Origin: Plasmodiophora brassicae
Lineage: Eukaryota
DNA: 64,000 bases
Direction: 5' to 3'
NCBI GenBank assembly: GCA_036867785.1
Contig: CP145420.1
Span: 124,001-188,000 of the forward strand
A program made the position numbers and the translations under genes. Shown here piece by piece: positions 50,371 to 62,400 of the stretch (position 1 is its first letter; each line of letters starts with the position of its first letter). Below the pieces are notes generated by a model. It was not told the origin of the DNA. It saw only the letters and a program-made list of their open reading frames with translations, and searched no databases.

Positions 50371-50965
50371 ATGGCGGCAGCAGCGTCGCCACCGAAAGGC
50401 CAAGCGGCGCTGGAAGCGCTGGTGAGGAAGTCGCTGGCCGGCATCCGGGTCACGAAATCGGGCGGCAAGCTGGAGTTCTCGGCGAACGCCGACGAGGTTG
50501 AGAGTTTGCCGACGCCCAAAGACATGGTGGGGTCCTTGAGTGCGGGCCCTGCGCTCCAGCGCGCGATTGAGTGCCCGCCCGCAAACGCAGATCATGCCTG
50601 CCCCGGTTGTCCTGATCGCGAACCTGTACGCGGAGAGCCTTCGCGAAATCGAGCGCGAGGAAGGCGGGATGGCCGTCCCCGTGTACGCCGGCGGGATGGC
50701 GCTGCTCGGCATGCTCCCCGCCATGCAGTGCGAGTTCAAGACGGCCGTCAAGGCCATGCAGCGCGTGTTCAACGTCGCCAAACGGCGCGGCATCGACGTC
50801 GTCAACCAGGACGCGTTCGCCGCCTGGCAGTCGGCCTGCCTGCGCAAGTTCGACAAGCGATCCGTGGCGATGCTCATGGTCGACGCCAACGGGGCCACCG
50901 TCGAAACGCGCGACATGCTGCGACGCTTCGGCTACGAATGCCCCGCCGATGCGGACGCGCCATAA
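50371..50965 (+). CDS. Hypothetical protein, 2 exons
   Basis: ATG 50371; intron at about 50527-50590 joins ORFs 50311 and 50540; strong GC3 codon bias. Confidence 0.6.
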
Positions 50966-51106
50966 AGTGGGCAATTCGGCACGGACAGGCCGTCTCTCTC
51001 TCTGGGACGGCCAACGAGGCACATTCGTCAGTGCCACTGGCAGTGAGTGCCCCTCCCCTCTGACTGTGACGGGGGAGGGAGGCGGTTGGTCATTTGGCGA
51101 ACCATA

Positions 51107-54100
51107 ATGCGGTGGTGGGTGTTCTGGTGGGCGGCGCTCGCCGCGCTCGGCACGGGTGCACCGGCACGCACGCTCCGCGTGCATATCGTGCCCCATTCGC
51201 ATGACGACGCGGGCTGGTTGAAAACGGTCGATGAGTACTACGCCGGGACGCATGTACGCTAGGCTGGCGGACGTTGGCGGCACATGATGTGACGTGCCGG
51301 GCAGAACGATATCGACGACGGGGCCGTTGCGCTGACGTTGGACACCGTTATCGAAGCGCTAGCTGAGAATCCGGCCCGGAAGTTTGTCGAATGTGAGATC
51401 GCGTTCTTCCATCGCTGGTGGATTCAGCAGGGCGATAAGACGAAGGAGGGGGTCCGCGGGTTGGTCGCCAGCGGCCAGCTGGAATTTGTGGTTCGTCACC
51501 GCCCGATGCGCTCCCGTCTGTACGATCGGTAACGCACATGGCGTGGACAGGGAGGTGGCTGGGTGCAAAGCGATGAGGCCAACGTGTACTTCCAAGAACT
51601 CATCGACGAGATGGCGCTTGGGCACCAGTTCATCGCCGACGAATTTGGCGCGGATGCGCTGCCACAATGCGCATGGCAGGTACTGGTTGCTGTTCAGCAG
51701 TCGTTCAGCACGGCCTCAGGCTCTAAACGACCATGCGAAGATCGATCCGTTCGGGCACACAAGTGGGGCTGCACGCGTCTTCGCGGAAATGGACCTGAAA
51801 TCAATGTTCTTCGCACGTATCAGCAGTAGGTCTCCAGTCGGCTTCCGGGTCCGAGGGTGGTCATGCAGATTGTTGCAGATGACGACAAGGACAGACGGCG
51901 GAAGGCACATCAACTGGAGTTCATCTGGAAGCCCAGCACCAGCTTGCCATCCACTGCCATCTTTGCGAGTGCGTTCCCGAACCATTACAACTTCCGCGTC
52001 GGATTCGACGAACGGGACCATCAAGGTACGCCCTTCGCGCTTGCGTATGCGACTAGCTGTAAGGTCATCCGGTCAACGTTGAATACCAGATAATGTCCAA
52101 GACGATACGAACCTTGACGGGTGGAACGTCCGGGCGATTGCTGACCGCTTCGCGGAAGGGGTTCGCGACGAGGCCCTGTCCTTCGACGATGAAAACGTGA
52201 TGATCAAAATGGGCGACGACTTCACTCACCGCAATGCCCATCGAAATTACAGGTGCATACGCCTCTGGCTGCAGAATACTCGTTGCTGACATCAGGGGTG
52301 ATAGAAACACGGAGAAGGTCATGGATTACATCAACGCGAACAAGGACGTTTACGGAATGGAGCTCTTCTACTCGACACCACGGTTGTACTACGAGTCTAA
52401 AATGAAAGCCGCACCTCAATCGTCAATGTCGGTCGTGACGACCGATTTCGTCCCATATGCTGATGGCGGCGATGCGTTCTGGTCTGGATACTTTACAAGC
52501 AGGTCCAGTGTCGTTCCCCACATCCCCCGTTACAAGCTAATCGTCGTTATCTCAGGCCCGGTTTGAAGCGAGACGTTCGCTTCTCAAATAGCATTCTTCA
52601 AGCGTGCCAGCAAGTTTACGCGTTGCTTCCACAAGAGTTTGAAGTGTCACCGACAGCGCTGTCCCGGGCAGTGGCGCTAGGGCAGGTCTGCTCCACGTAC
52701 AGCGTGTCGGTTTGGACCCTCCCTGAATGCAATATGGATTGCAGCACCACGATGCCATTGCTGGCACGTCGCGTCAACGGGTTGCTGACGATTACGCGCG
52801 TCGCCTGCGACTTGGCAGGCAAGACTGTATGAGGATCCTGAATTACGGATCCGGAGGACCCGGTTCACACAGCGCCCTGAACGGGGATTATGCCGATACG
52901 AAGTACCCGAACATTCGGATGTTGCCATGTGCTGTATCTGAGCCGTCGTCTGTAGGCATCAGTGTGACCTTGATAGTAATCCTGGATCGCCCAGGGGCGT
53001 CACTGTTTACAATCCTTTGGCACAAGAACAACGCTTCGGTTGCGCGATGGTTCGAGTTCCCATTTGCACCAAATCCGTTTCAGCTGTGGGATCCGATGGG
53101 CGCCCGCTAGACGTTCAGGTTCGTTGGCCCTATACTGAAGAGCGTTTGTCGTCTGACTGTACGCTTCCAGGTTGCACCTAACCCGTTCCGTAGCATCTCA
53201 GGAACGAACCGGGTTTCAGTCGCGCTGAATCGTTTGCAGCCGTTGGCGTTCGTAAACTTTGACATGATCCTCGACGAATCGTCGGGTCCCCGTGTTGTCA
53301 TCGACGAGAGTGCCAGCGGGGTCGTCTCCGATGACGGGTCCCCATTGCGCATCGAGAATCGCTTCGTCCGCGTGACCTTTGAATCCGGCCTGCTCTCATC
53401 GATCGAGAACGTCGCAGAGCTCATCGCTGTACCGGTTCGTCAACGGTTTGGGTACTACCAATCCTATGAAGGAGAAGGCAGGCTTCCGTGACAGCACCAG
53501 CGTGCATCGCCAGTAACGGGTGCCACAGGTCAACGAAGTGGCGCGTACATATTTCGCACGGATGGGCCGCTGGTCGAAATTGCCGAACGTCCTGTGCTAC
53601 GCGTGTTCAAGGGCGATCTGTTTCAGGAAGTCCACCAGGTTTGCTGCGTGTCCATACGACCAATGCGCAGCTGATGTACGTTTTCACCCTACGGTAGGCC
53701 TTCGAGGATCACAACGTGACACAGGTCATCCGGCTATACCGGGACCGAACTGCCATCGAGTTCGAGTACGAAATCGGGCCCATCAGCGCGGGACGTGAAT
53801 ACGTGACGCGGTTCTCGACCGGCCTGACGACCAATGGTTGGAGAGGCCGTCATGGCACGCCTCCAGGTTCCGGCTGTAACCGTTGCGCTTAGGGCGCTTC
53901 TATACCGATTCGAACGGGCTTGAAATGCAGACGCGCGTCAGGAACGACGCGTCGATCGCTGCGAACTACTACCCGGTCAATACGATTGCGTTCATCCGGG
54001 ACGAAGAAGATGCTGTCCAGTTGTCAGTGGTGACCGATCGATCGATGGGAGGGACGAGCCTGTTTGAAGGCGACCTGGAGCTGATGCTGCACCGACGATT

Positions 54101-54623
54101 GCGCTGCGTACGCCGTCACGTCGTCTGCCAGTGCTACCGTGGTCTGACACGTGTGCGGTAGGACGACGGACGAGGCGTTGGAGAGGCACTCGATGAGGAC
54201 GGGCTCATCGTCCACGGGACGCTGGTGGTATCATTGTCTTCGGTTGCCACTAGCAGCATGTCGTATCGTCGCGAAGCGCTGGCGCTGGCGAACCCTCTCG
54301 TCGCGTGGACGCGCAAAGACACGACACCTGTCCAGCCAAGAGCACTGAGTCTTCGCGCTCCCGTACCGGATAATGTCCATGTGCTGACGCTTCAAAGGCG
54401 CCCAGACGGCAAGGTTGTTATGCGGTTCATGCACATGCATGAACGTGGCGAGGCGCCTACGCCGGCCGTCGTGAACGTCAACGACCTGATTCCGTTCCAC
54501 ATTGCGCATTGTGCCGAGCTCAGCCTGTCGGCTGCCAAGAAGATCGAATCTGCACCGGACTGCTCCTCATTGACGCTCGAGCCGATGCAAATCCGTACGC
54601 TGCTGTTGACCATTGCCTACTAG
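51107..54623 (+). CDS. Alpha-mannosidase, glycoside hydrolase family 38, multi-exon
   Basis: Signal peptide; [88 protein letters not shown]. Confidence 0.95.
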
Positions 54624-54683
54624 CCCTCAACGGTGATTGCCGATAAAGCGACCGCTATTGTTCAAATAATATGGTCGAAGGGT

Positions 54684-56150
54684 TTACACAATAGCGGGTG
54701 ACGCGGAACGCTGTCGCCTAATTCGTTCCTGGACCGTGGCGACATGGTTGCCGATTTGTGCAACGACAAGTGCACTGAGCGATCTGCAGCCAGTGACGTC
54801 AAATCGTGCGATCTGGGTGCACATCGTGGCGAACGTCAGCGCTTCGTCGTCTTGCAGTTGAACGCAGCCGCGCAGGTCGACGTCTTGCAGGGATTGGCGC
54901 GCCGCACTGAACAGCAATAGCAGGCTCGCGGGTGCGATCGATCTGCAATTGTACAGGTTGGCTTTCGTGAGGGCCTCCACTTCGAACTGCCCATCAGTGA
55001 GCCCCTGGCAGCCGGACACGTTGAGGATACGTAGTCGAGGAGCGATGACTACCAGTCGTGCAAGCTGCTTCGATGACGACAGGTTCAGCAGCGCCAACGA
55101 CGGGAGACGCAAGACGGCCTCCGTCATGTTCGGGTTTGATGACAGGACGAGCGTCTGCAAGGCAGCGAAGTCGGCATCGAAGCGAACTCGTGATACGGTC
55201 TTGCACGAGGACATGTACAGAACCGTCAACTGGGCGCCGTTCTCAACGGGGTCCAGACAAGGCGATGGACGGATATGTGTGGACCGTAGGTCCAACTGTT
55301 CCAGCGCGGAGCAACGAGCGTTGAGCAGGCTGATTCCATAATCGGTGATGCGCTTGCAACCGCACAGGACGAGCCGATTCAAATTGGCGGGTGCAATTGC
55401 AGCGACGTACTCGAGGGCGTCATCGGTGATGGGCGTCGACGACAGATCCAAATGGGCCAGCGTCGGGAACCCGATGATGATCGTCCTGACATCGATATCC
55501 TCGATTCTGGTGCAGAACGCTAGATTGAGGCTGGCCACACGAGATCCCCTCAGTGCGACGGGCAGCAGTGCAAAGCTGGCAAAGTTCGTGCACTTGTAGA
55601 GCGAAACGGCAGTGAGACGGGGGAACCGGGTCAGCATCCTCACGATGCGTTCGTCGCTGGCCGTCCGGAAGTGCTTGGCATTGTACAAGATCGTGACGCT
55701 GCATAGCTCATGCTCGGATAATCGTTTGAACTCGCGGTTGACGCTGGCCAGGTTCGCCAAGTCGAACATGGTGAGGAATTTCGCAACGATCCGCATGACA
55801 TCGACCGAGATAACGAGGAACGGGTCGTGATACACGGCCGAGCACGGCCCCGGTCCGCCTCCGTCTGCCCCCGGCGCTTGCGCGAAATCGCCATACACGC
55901 CATCGGGGCTGAAGTCTTCCAGCGACAGCAGCATTTCGGCGCAGACGCTCGGGTTGTTCCCACTCCGGCTGTACACGTCCGCGATGATCGACATGTCGGC
56001 CTGCGGGAACATATCCCGGAGCAGCAGCAGCGGCGAGCTGCCCGTAGCCGGACTGCCGACCGGCGGCGCCTGCGACACCGACGTCGACGACGTCACCAGC
56101 GGGCGGCTCCATGCGTTACGCGGGCCGAGCGGCGCACTGCCCGCATCCAT
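54684..56150 (-). CDS. CUE domain + F-box + cysteine-containing LRR protein
   Basis: LRDMFPQADMSII...AEMLL (CUE), FLVISVDVMRIVAKFLTMFDLANLASVNREF (F-box), repeats such as LVLCGCKRITDYGI; intronless ORF. Confidence 0.85.
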   Translation of the reverse strand: MDAGSAPLGPRNAWSRPLVTSSTSVSQAPPVGSPATGSSPLLLLRDMFPQADMSIIADVYSRSGNNPSVCAEMLLSLEDFSPDGVYGDFAQAPGADGGGPGPCSAVYHDPFLVISVDVMRIVAKFLTMFDLANLASVNREFKRLSEHELCSVTILYNAKHFRTASDERIVRMLTRFPRLTAVSLYKCTNFASFALLPVALRGSRVASLNLAFCTRIEDIDVRTIIIGFPTLAHLDLSSTPITDDALEYVAAIAPANLNRLVLCGCKRITDYGISLLNARCSALEQLDLRSTHIRPSPCLDPVENGAQLTVLYMSSCKTVSRVRFDADFAALQTLVLSSNPNMTEAVLRLPSLALLNLSSSKQLARLVVIAPRLRILNVSGCQGLTDGQFEVEALTKANLYNCRSIAPASLLLLFSAARQSLQDVDLRGCVQLQDDEALTFATMCTQIARFDVTGCRSLSALVVAQIGNHVATVQERIRRQRSASPAIV

Positions 56151-56464
56151 GGTTCGATCGGCCGCGGCCGCCGCCGGACTCCTCCCTGCGCCTGGCCCTG
56201 CCGTGCCCGGGATCGACGACCGACGGCAAACGCGGCGGCGAAACTTGACCCCCTCCCCAAAAAAAACGCAATTAAAAAACATTCGCCGGATCTCGAACCG
56301 TCTCGAATCCGTCCACACCATTTTGCGTCATGCGGTGCAAATTCCGGTCGGGTCGGGCGCCCCAGTGGAGGTTGAGGGGGAATCGGGCAGCAGGGGGGCG
56401 GCGGCCGTGTCGGCACCGGCGGGAGACGACGTGACGGGGGCCGGCGGCGCGTCCCGTGGGCGCC

Positions 56465-59400
56465 ATGTTTCAGAACCTGGTGGCCTCGCAGCTGTCGTCG
56501 TTCCTCGGCGCGTATATCGAGAACTGGCGGCCGTCGCAGCTCCAGGCGAGCCTGGGCGTGTGGAACGGCGTTGTGGATCTGCATGATGTCGCCATCCGCA
56601 AGGATGCGTTGACGTTTGCGGGCCTGCCGGTTCGGCCGGTCTCTGCCCGCATTGGGCATCTGCAGCTGACGATCCCCTGGACGAACATGACCTCGGCCGC
56701 GGTTGACGTTTTAGTCGAAGACGTTGACATCGTCCTCTGTACTGATTACGACATATCCGTTGCCGAATCCGCGCTTCGCAAATCCGAATCCATGGCCCGT
56801 CGAGCTCTTCTCGACAAGAACAAGCTGGGTGCGAAGAGAAGGCGGCCCGGTTTCGATGCCGGGTTTGCAGATCGGTTCCTTATGTCGCTGTTGTATAATT
56901 TTCGCCTGGATGTTCGTGGTCTACGGCTGTGTCTGCAGGACGATGTCACGTTCGGCGGACGATCTCTTGTAACCATGCAGGTCACCTGGGGCTCCGTTGT
57001 TATCGAGCCCTCTGATGAGGCGGGTGCGCCCGCGTCCATCTCATCCGACGATGCTTTTGCGTTCAAACGCGTCACCGTCGATGACCTGCAATTGCAGTGG
57101 AACCAGAGGACCGTGCTGGAATCCGCTGCGTTCACCGCCAATGTTCGCCTTGTGAAACAGGCCGAATTGAGATCGGGGCCACGCCCACCTCGCGTTGTGG
57201 CAGCAGTTACCTGCCATAGCATGTGCGTCCATATGTCTAAGCAAATCGCGCAAGACGTATCTGCGATCTCGAGCGCCTTTGTGCACTTCCGGGAGTCGAA
57301 GACCGCCGTTTCGGTTCCTGCGATTCGTCCAATGTTTGGCGTTAGTGGATTCGCCCGTGCCTGGTGGCATTATGCATTCCGGGAGGTTCAGCGCCCATCC
57401 ACGTTCACCTGGCGGTATATTCGCTCGTTTCGAAACGATTTCTCGCAGTACGTTGATCTGTATGCCAAAGAGCTACAAATCGAACTGCCGGATGACGCTG
57501 GGCGCGCTTCCACTTTGCGCGATATTGAGTCTCGACGAACCGTCGAGCAAATTCTCCTAATGCGGCGTGTCGCTGAAAACACGCTTGCGAGTCGGGAAGC
57601 TCAAATACTGGACAGTAAGCGCCGTCGCCGATCTTCTATGGTCTCGTGGGCGTCGTTGCTCAAGAGCTTTATTATGTCGAGTAATGATGCCGTCGATGGA
57701 GACTCGGGGTCGCAATCTGACGAGGCTGAACCGTCACGGGGAGATCCGGGCGGCGAGGTCCGGTACAGCGTGCGTTTCGAACTGGATGACATTCGTCTAC
57801 TGGGCATCCAGGACACAGCTACGTTTGCTGAACTTCGCTGCCTCGGCGTTGCTTGCTCGTTTCGGTCAGTTGACGGTATGCTTCACTCTGAAGTCATCAT
57901 TACGGATATAGGCGCCCACGACCATTCCGGCCGTGAGGACCGTGTAGATCTCATCCATGCTACAAAGTGGGTTTTCGACGAGAGACGAAGTGAAGAGTCG
58001 TTTGGGGCTGTCTCGCTCGTCGAACCTCGTGTTGCCGAAATACGTGTGACGTCGTCTTCATCCGGAGCTGACATCAACGTATCCGTTTTACCAATCGAAA
58101 TTGTCCTCTCGTCGACGCTCTTTCGTCTGCTTGACATCTGTCGACCGCATGTGGGCCATGCGGACGTCAGTTCCGAACCAAGTGAGGGGGCGACTTCGTT
58201 CGAGGTCTCTCCTAGGACCATGGTTGACGTTTCGTTTACGGCGCCTCGACTCGTTCTTCCCGATTCGGAAGGGGCAGCTACGTGGGTGGTTGCCCTGGAC
58301 AGCGTCTCCATCAGTAATGTTGAAGGTAACACGCTTCACTGCGACCTTTTCAATCTGAATCTGCTGGCCGGTGACATTGACAACCCGTCACCGCGCGTAC
58401 TTGATCCCCCACTGAGTCTCGTGACGATCAACCGTGACGATCATGCTACACAAATCGATATCCCAGCCATTAATCTGCAGTTGCCATCTATCTTAGCTCT
58501 GTCGTTTGTTCGCGCTGTTCAATCAGTGAGCAACGCGTTGAATATAGGACATGAATCTGGGGCGTTTCCCGGCAGCGCTTCTGGGCCATCATATAGCAGC
58601 GATTTATCAGTCACCGTGTCGGCCGTACGTTTCACGGTCGACGACGTTGGGCTGATCAACGTCTCTTCGCTGTCGGTTGTTGACTCGACCGAGCGCCTTG
58701 ACATCGTCTTTGGGCGCGGATCTGTCTACACTCTGATTCGATGTGGGTTTGAAGTCGGGCCGATGAATGCCGATTCAACTGGATTGCGCATTGGATTAAC
58801 GAAATGGTCGGATATCGAAGTGTATTGCAGCAGCCTGCAGGTCGCGCTTGACGCCGAGCTCATGCAGATCCTGCAAGACTGGTCGTTACCAGGTTCAACA
58901 GCACCAGGCAGCTCCGGTGGCTTAAGCGTGTCGTTTCATGCTCCGTGTACAACCCTCTCTGTGGTCGACATTCTACAGGCGCAGTTTACACAATCGAAAG
59001 TTCGGTATACCAGTGAGAAGATTGACGTTTCGCTGGAGGACGCCAAAATTGTCGACAAGCGCTCTGTGGACCCGCAGTACTCGAATCTACTCGGGAAACG
59101 GGACCGTTCTAGTCATCTTCTTTTCCTGTCTATTTCACCATCGAAGATCGCGGCCAAAGTTGCCCCTGCTCAATGGGTGATAGTGCCGCGATTCGTTACC
59201 GATATTATAGGCGTGCTACCTATTGCCCCTCGTTCAACCAGCAATCAGGCCGCAGCACCGCCACTCTTCTTGGACATTGACATTGCTCAGTCTTTAGTTC
59301 TGCTACCGCGAGTTGGTACATCGACTGGAACGGAACATCTTGTCATTGACATATCATCGGCTTCTATAACCTGCAACGGTATCGATCGCGGATCTGCGGT

Positions 59401-62400
59401 TCTGTCATCCATGCAGATCCATCGTGCGTGTTCTGCTGCGCCTATCGACGGCATCGTCGACGACATGACGATTACCGTTAACGCGTCAATTCCTGAACAG
59501 CTAATTGAAGTGCGGTTCTCACCAGTTTCTTTCAATGTTGGCTCTCGTGCTATTTCGCTTATCAACTCAGTTGTCGATTCCTTTTCTCTGCTTGTCCCCT
59601 CGTCTGACAAGGTCGAAGCAAACGACCAACAGACGACAGTTACGGTAGCTGCCGAGAAGACCGACGTTTGCATTGGCGATGGGGACTGTTTGATCACCTC
59701 GCTCTGTATTGTCGGCCTGCAGTTTTCCATCTTATCGTCTCGGCCAGAAGGTACTCGCATTCGTCTTTCTGTGTCCCGCGTTTCTGCAGACGATTGGCTG
59801 GAGCTTCACAGTGGCCCGGGAAATCATTCGGACGACCTTTTGACCGCTGTATGCGTCGAGGATCCTGATGGACAGTCGAAGATGGATCTTAACGTGAACG
59901 TGCCCGGTTGCCAATTCGTTTCTACTGGAGCTGACGCTATCCGTCAGTGCGTCGACATGTTCCGCGAAGCAATCGCTCCCGAAGGTCGTGCGGCCGCCGT
60001 CAGTCAGCGACCGGATACGGTCTTACGTGCCAACGTCAATGTTGACGACGCATTAGTCACGTTCTGCGCTTCGCGACCGTCGCCTCGAAATGCCTCGTTT
60101 CGTGTAGGGCTATCGGTTGCTGCGTTTATCCAGGGGTCCACAGCTGGTTCGCTTGATGCGGCACAAGTGGATATAACGAACATCACTGCCGTCATTACTC
60201 GAAGTCTGCCGACACTGTCGTCGGTCAGCTTGATTATTCCCGCACAACTCTTCGTTATGCTTGACCGGCGTGATCGCTTGATGACTCTGCACGTTCCACT
60301 GCTCGATACATGCCTACACGGTACCGACATCAGCGACCTTTCATCGCTTGTTTCTGCCATGCCATCGAATGATGCGGCGACCAGTAGTACCATCGTTGCA
60401 GTGAAGGACATACTTGACTCTTCAAAAGCTGGTTTCAGCTTTGCTGTTGACGAGGCGAGGATTCAGCTCGTCCGGGAGTCGCTGACTATCGTGAACGAGC
60501 CTGTCTTCAAGGCGACTTTGCAGCAACTCGACGTCAGCTTTTCATCTTCGAATAATTCTATTGGGAGCTCGATGATGTGCCGCGCGAATATTTTCGCCGA
60601 AACGTACAATCAGATCCTTGAGCACTGGGAACCCTTCATCGAACCGTGGCCCTTATCAGTTTCCCTTTCTTCGTCTAAAGAATCGGTTACAGTGGAGGTT
60701 GGAGCATCTTCTGCCAAAGTATTCGACTGCAATATATCAGACTCTGTCGTTGGCGCGCTGCAAACGGCCTTCGAGGCTGCATTATTATCCACTTCGACCG
60801 CCGACCTGAGATGTATCTCTGTCGATAACCGGACCGGCTCCCCAATCCGTGTCCGCTTCGGCGGTGGGAAGAGTTCAGTGTTTTCAGCTGTCGACCCAGG
60901 TCAAGTTGATAGTCTTGAGTTTGCTTTCGAACTGGGCAGTCTTCGACCCGGAGAAGTTGCCGGTGAAACGGATAGGCGCCGTCCTCAACGGGTCCAGTCT
61001 GGCACGGTTACCGTGCAGTTGGGCACTCCTGGCGACAACGGTACCGATGACTGGGCTCACTGGGCTCCGATCGAAAGCATTACCGTGGACGAGAGCACCG
61101 TCAACAATACTCGCGTCCATTTGCTGTCTCGAGCGGAAGTCCAGGACGATTCTGCGTCATTCGAGGGCAACGCAAGCCTCTATGTAACTTCCCACGTGAT
61201 ATCGACATCTCACTTGATGCTTCGTTCCCCGATGGTGATCCGGAATTCGACACCGACAGACATGTGCATCCGCATCGAATCGCAGCGCGGCGTAACGCAG
61301 CTGATGGTGTCGTCCGATGACGATTGTCCTCTTCCGATCTGGATGCTGGAGGAACGCCGGCGGCATTCGTCCTGCTCGATTCGGCCGTGTGGGACTCCCC
61401 GAGCCGAATTCGCAACTCTGTTCACCTTCCCGGAATTGCACGCTCTTGGTGAGTTCGAACCGCGAGTTGTACAGTGTGGCCCTTCGTTTGCAATCGCTAT
61501 CCGAACATGGGCGTCAGTTCGTAAGCATGCTCCGGCATTCGCTATTGTCATCGAGCCACTCCTGTCAATCACGAACAACTTGCCATTCCAGTTGCTTTGC
61601 TCCATTGATGGCCGCCAAGACACGAATCGCAAATTGGCATCTGGTGCAACTGTGCATTATTATGAACAAGCGCAGACCTGTGCAATGCGGCACGCGGGAT
61701 CTGAAGAGTGGTCCGATCCTATACCCGTTGCCGATCGGGATTCTGCTCGAGGGACCAATAGTCATGGTCATCGTCTTCGTGTTCCGGAAGGTCCCGAAGC
61801 GATTCGCTGTATGACAGATTTCACTATTGTCGGATGCGCTATTCGCGTTAGCGTGTTCGCTCGATACTGGATCATTAATCGCTCAGCGCTCGAGCTTATT
61901 TACGGTGTGAAAGAAGCTCCATCTGATCGGCCTACCTTGTGTCCAGGACAAGCTGGTGGCCTTGATTTTCCAACCGTTCAGCCGTTTGAATCACGTCGTA
62001 TCTCATCGCCGCTGCCTGTATGGGCGGATCGTGCGCCCTGGTATGCATTCCCTGTTCCTCGCCGGGCAGAAGCGGACACCTCCAGCAACCCTGCTTTGGG
62101 CCTTGTAGTCCTGGCGAGGCCTGAGTATGCGGCCCCACATTTGGCGTGGACGCGAGAAGTTGATCAGACGCCCGATGATGAGTTGGCGCTCGCTTTCTCG
62201 CCAGACAAGGAAGCCCTCTTTGGCCCCCTCCTGCTGCACCTTCGCCTTTTCGGAAATGGGCCATCGTGGTCGTCAGGCTGCCCGCTGGGTCTGCCCCTGT
62301 CAGCCGCGGTCCACGTGACGCTACGTGGATCGGTCCCGCATAGCTCTCTGCCCACGACTCGTGAGAGCATCCACCGAATGTTCGACCTGGGTATTTGGCA

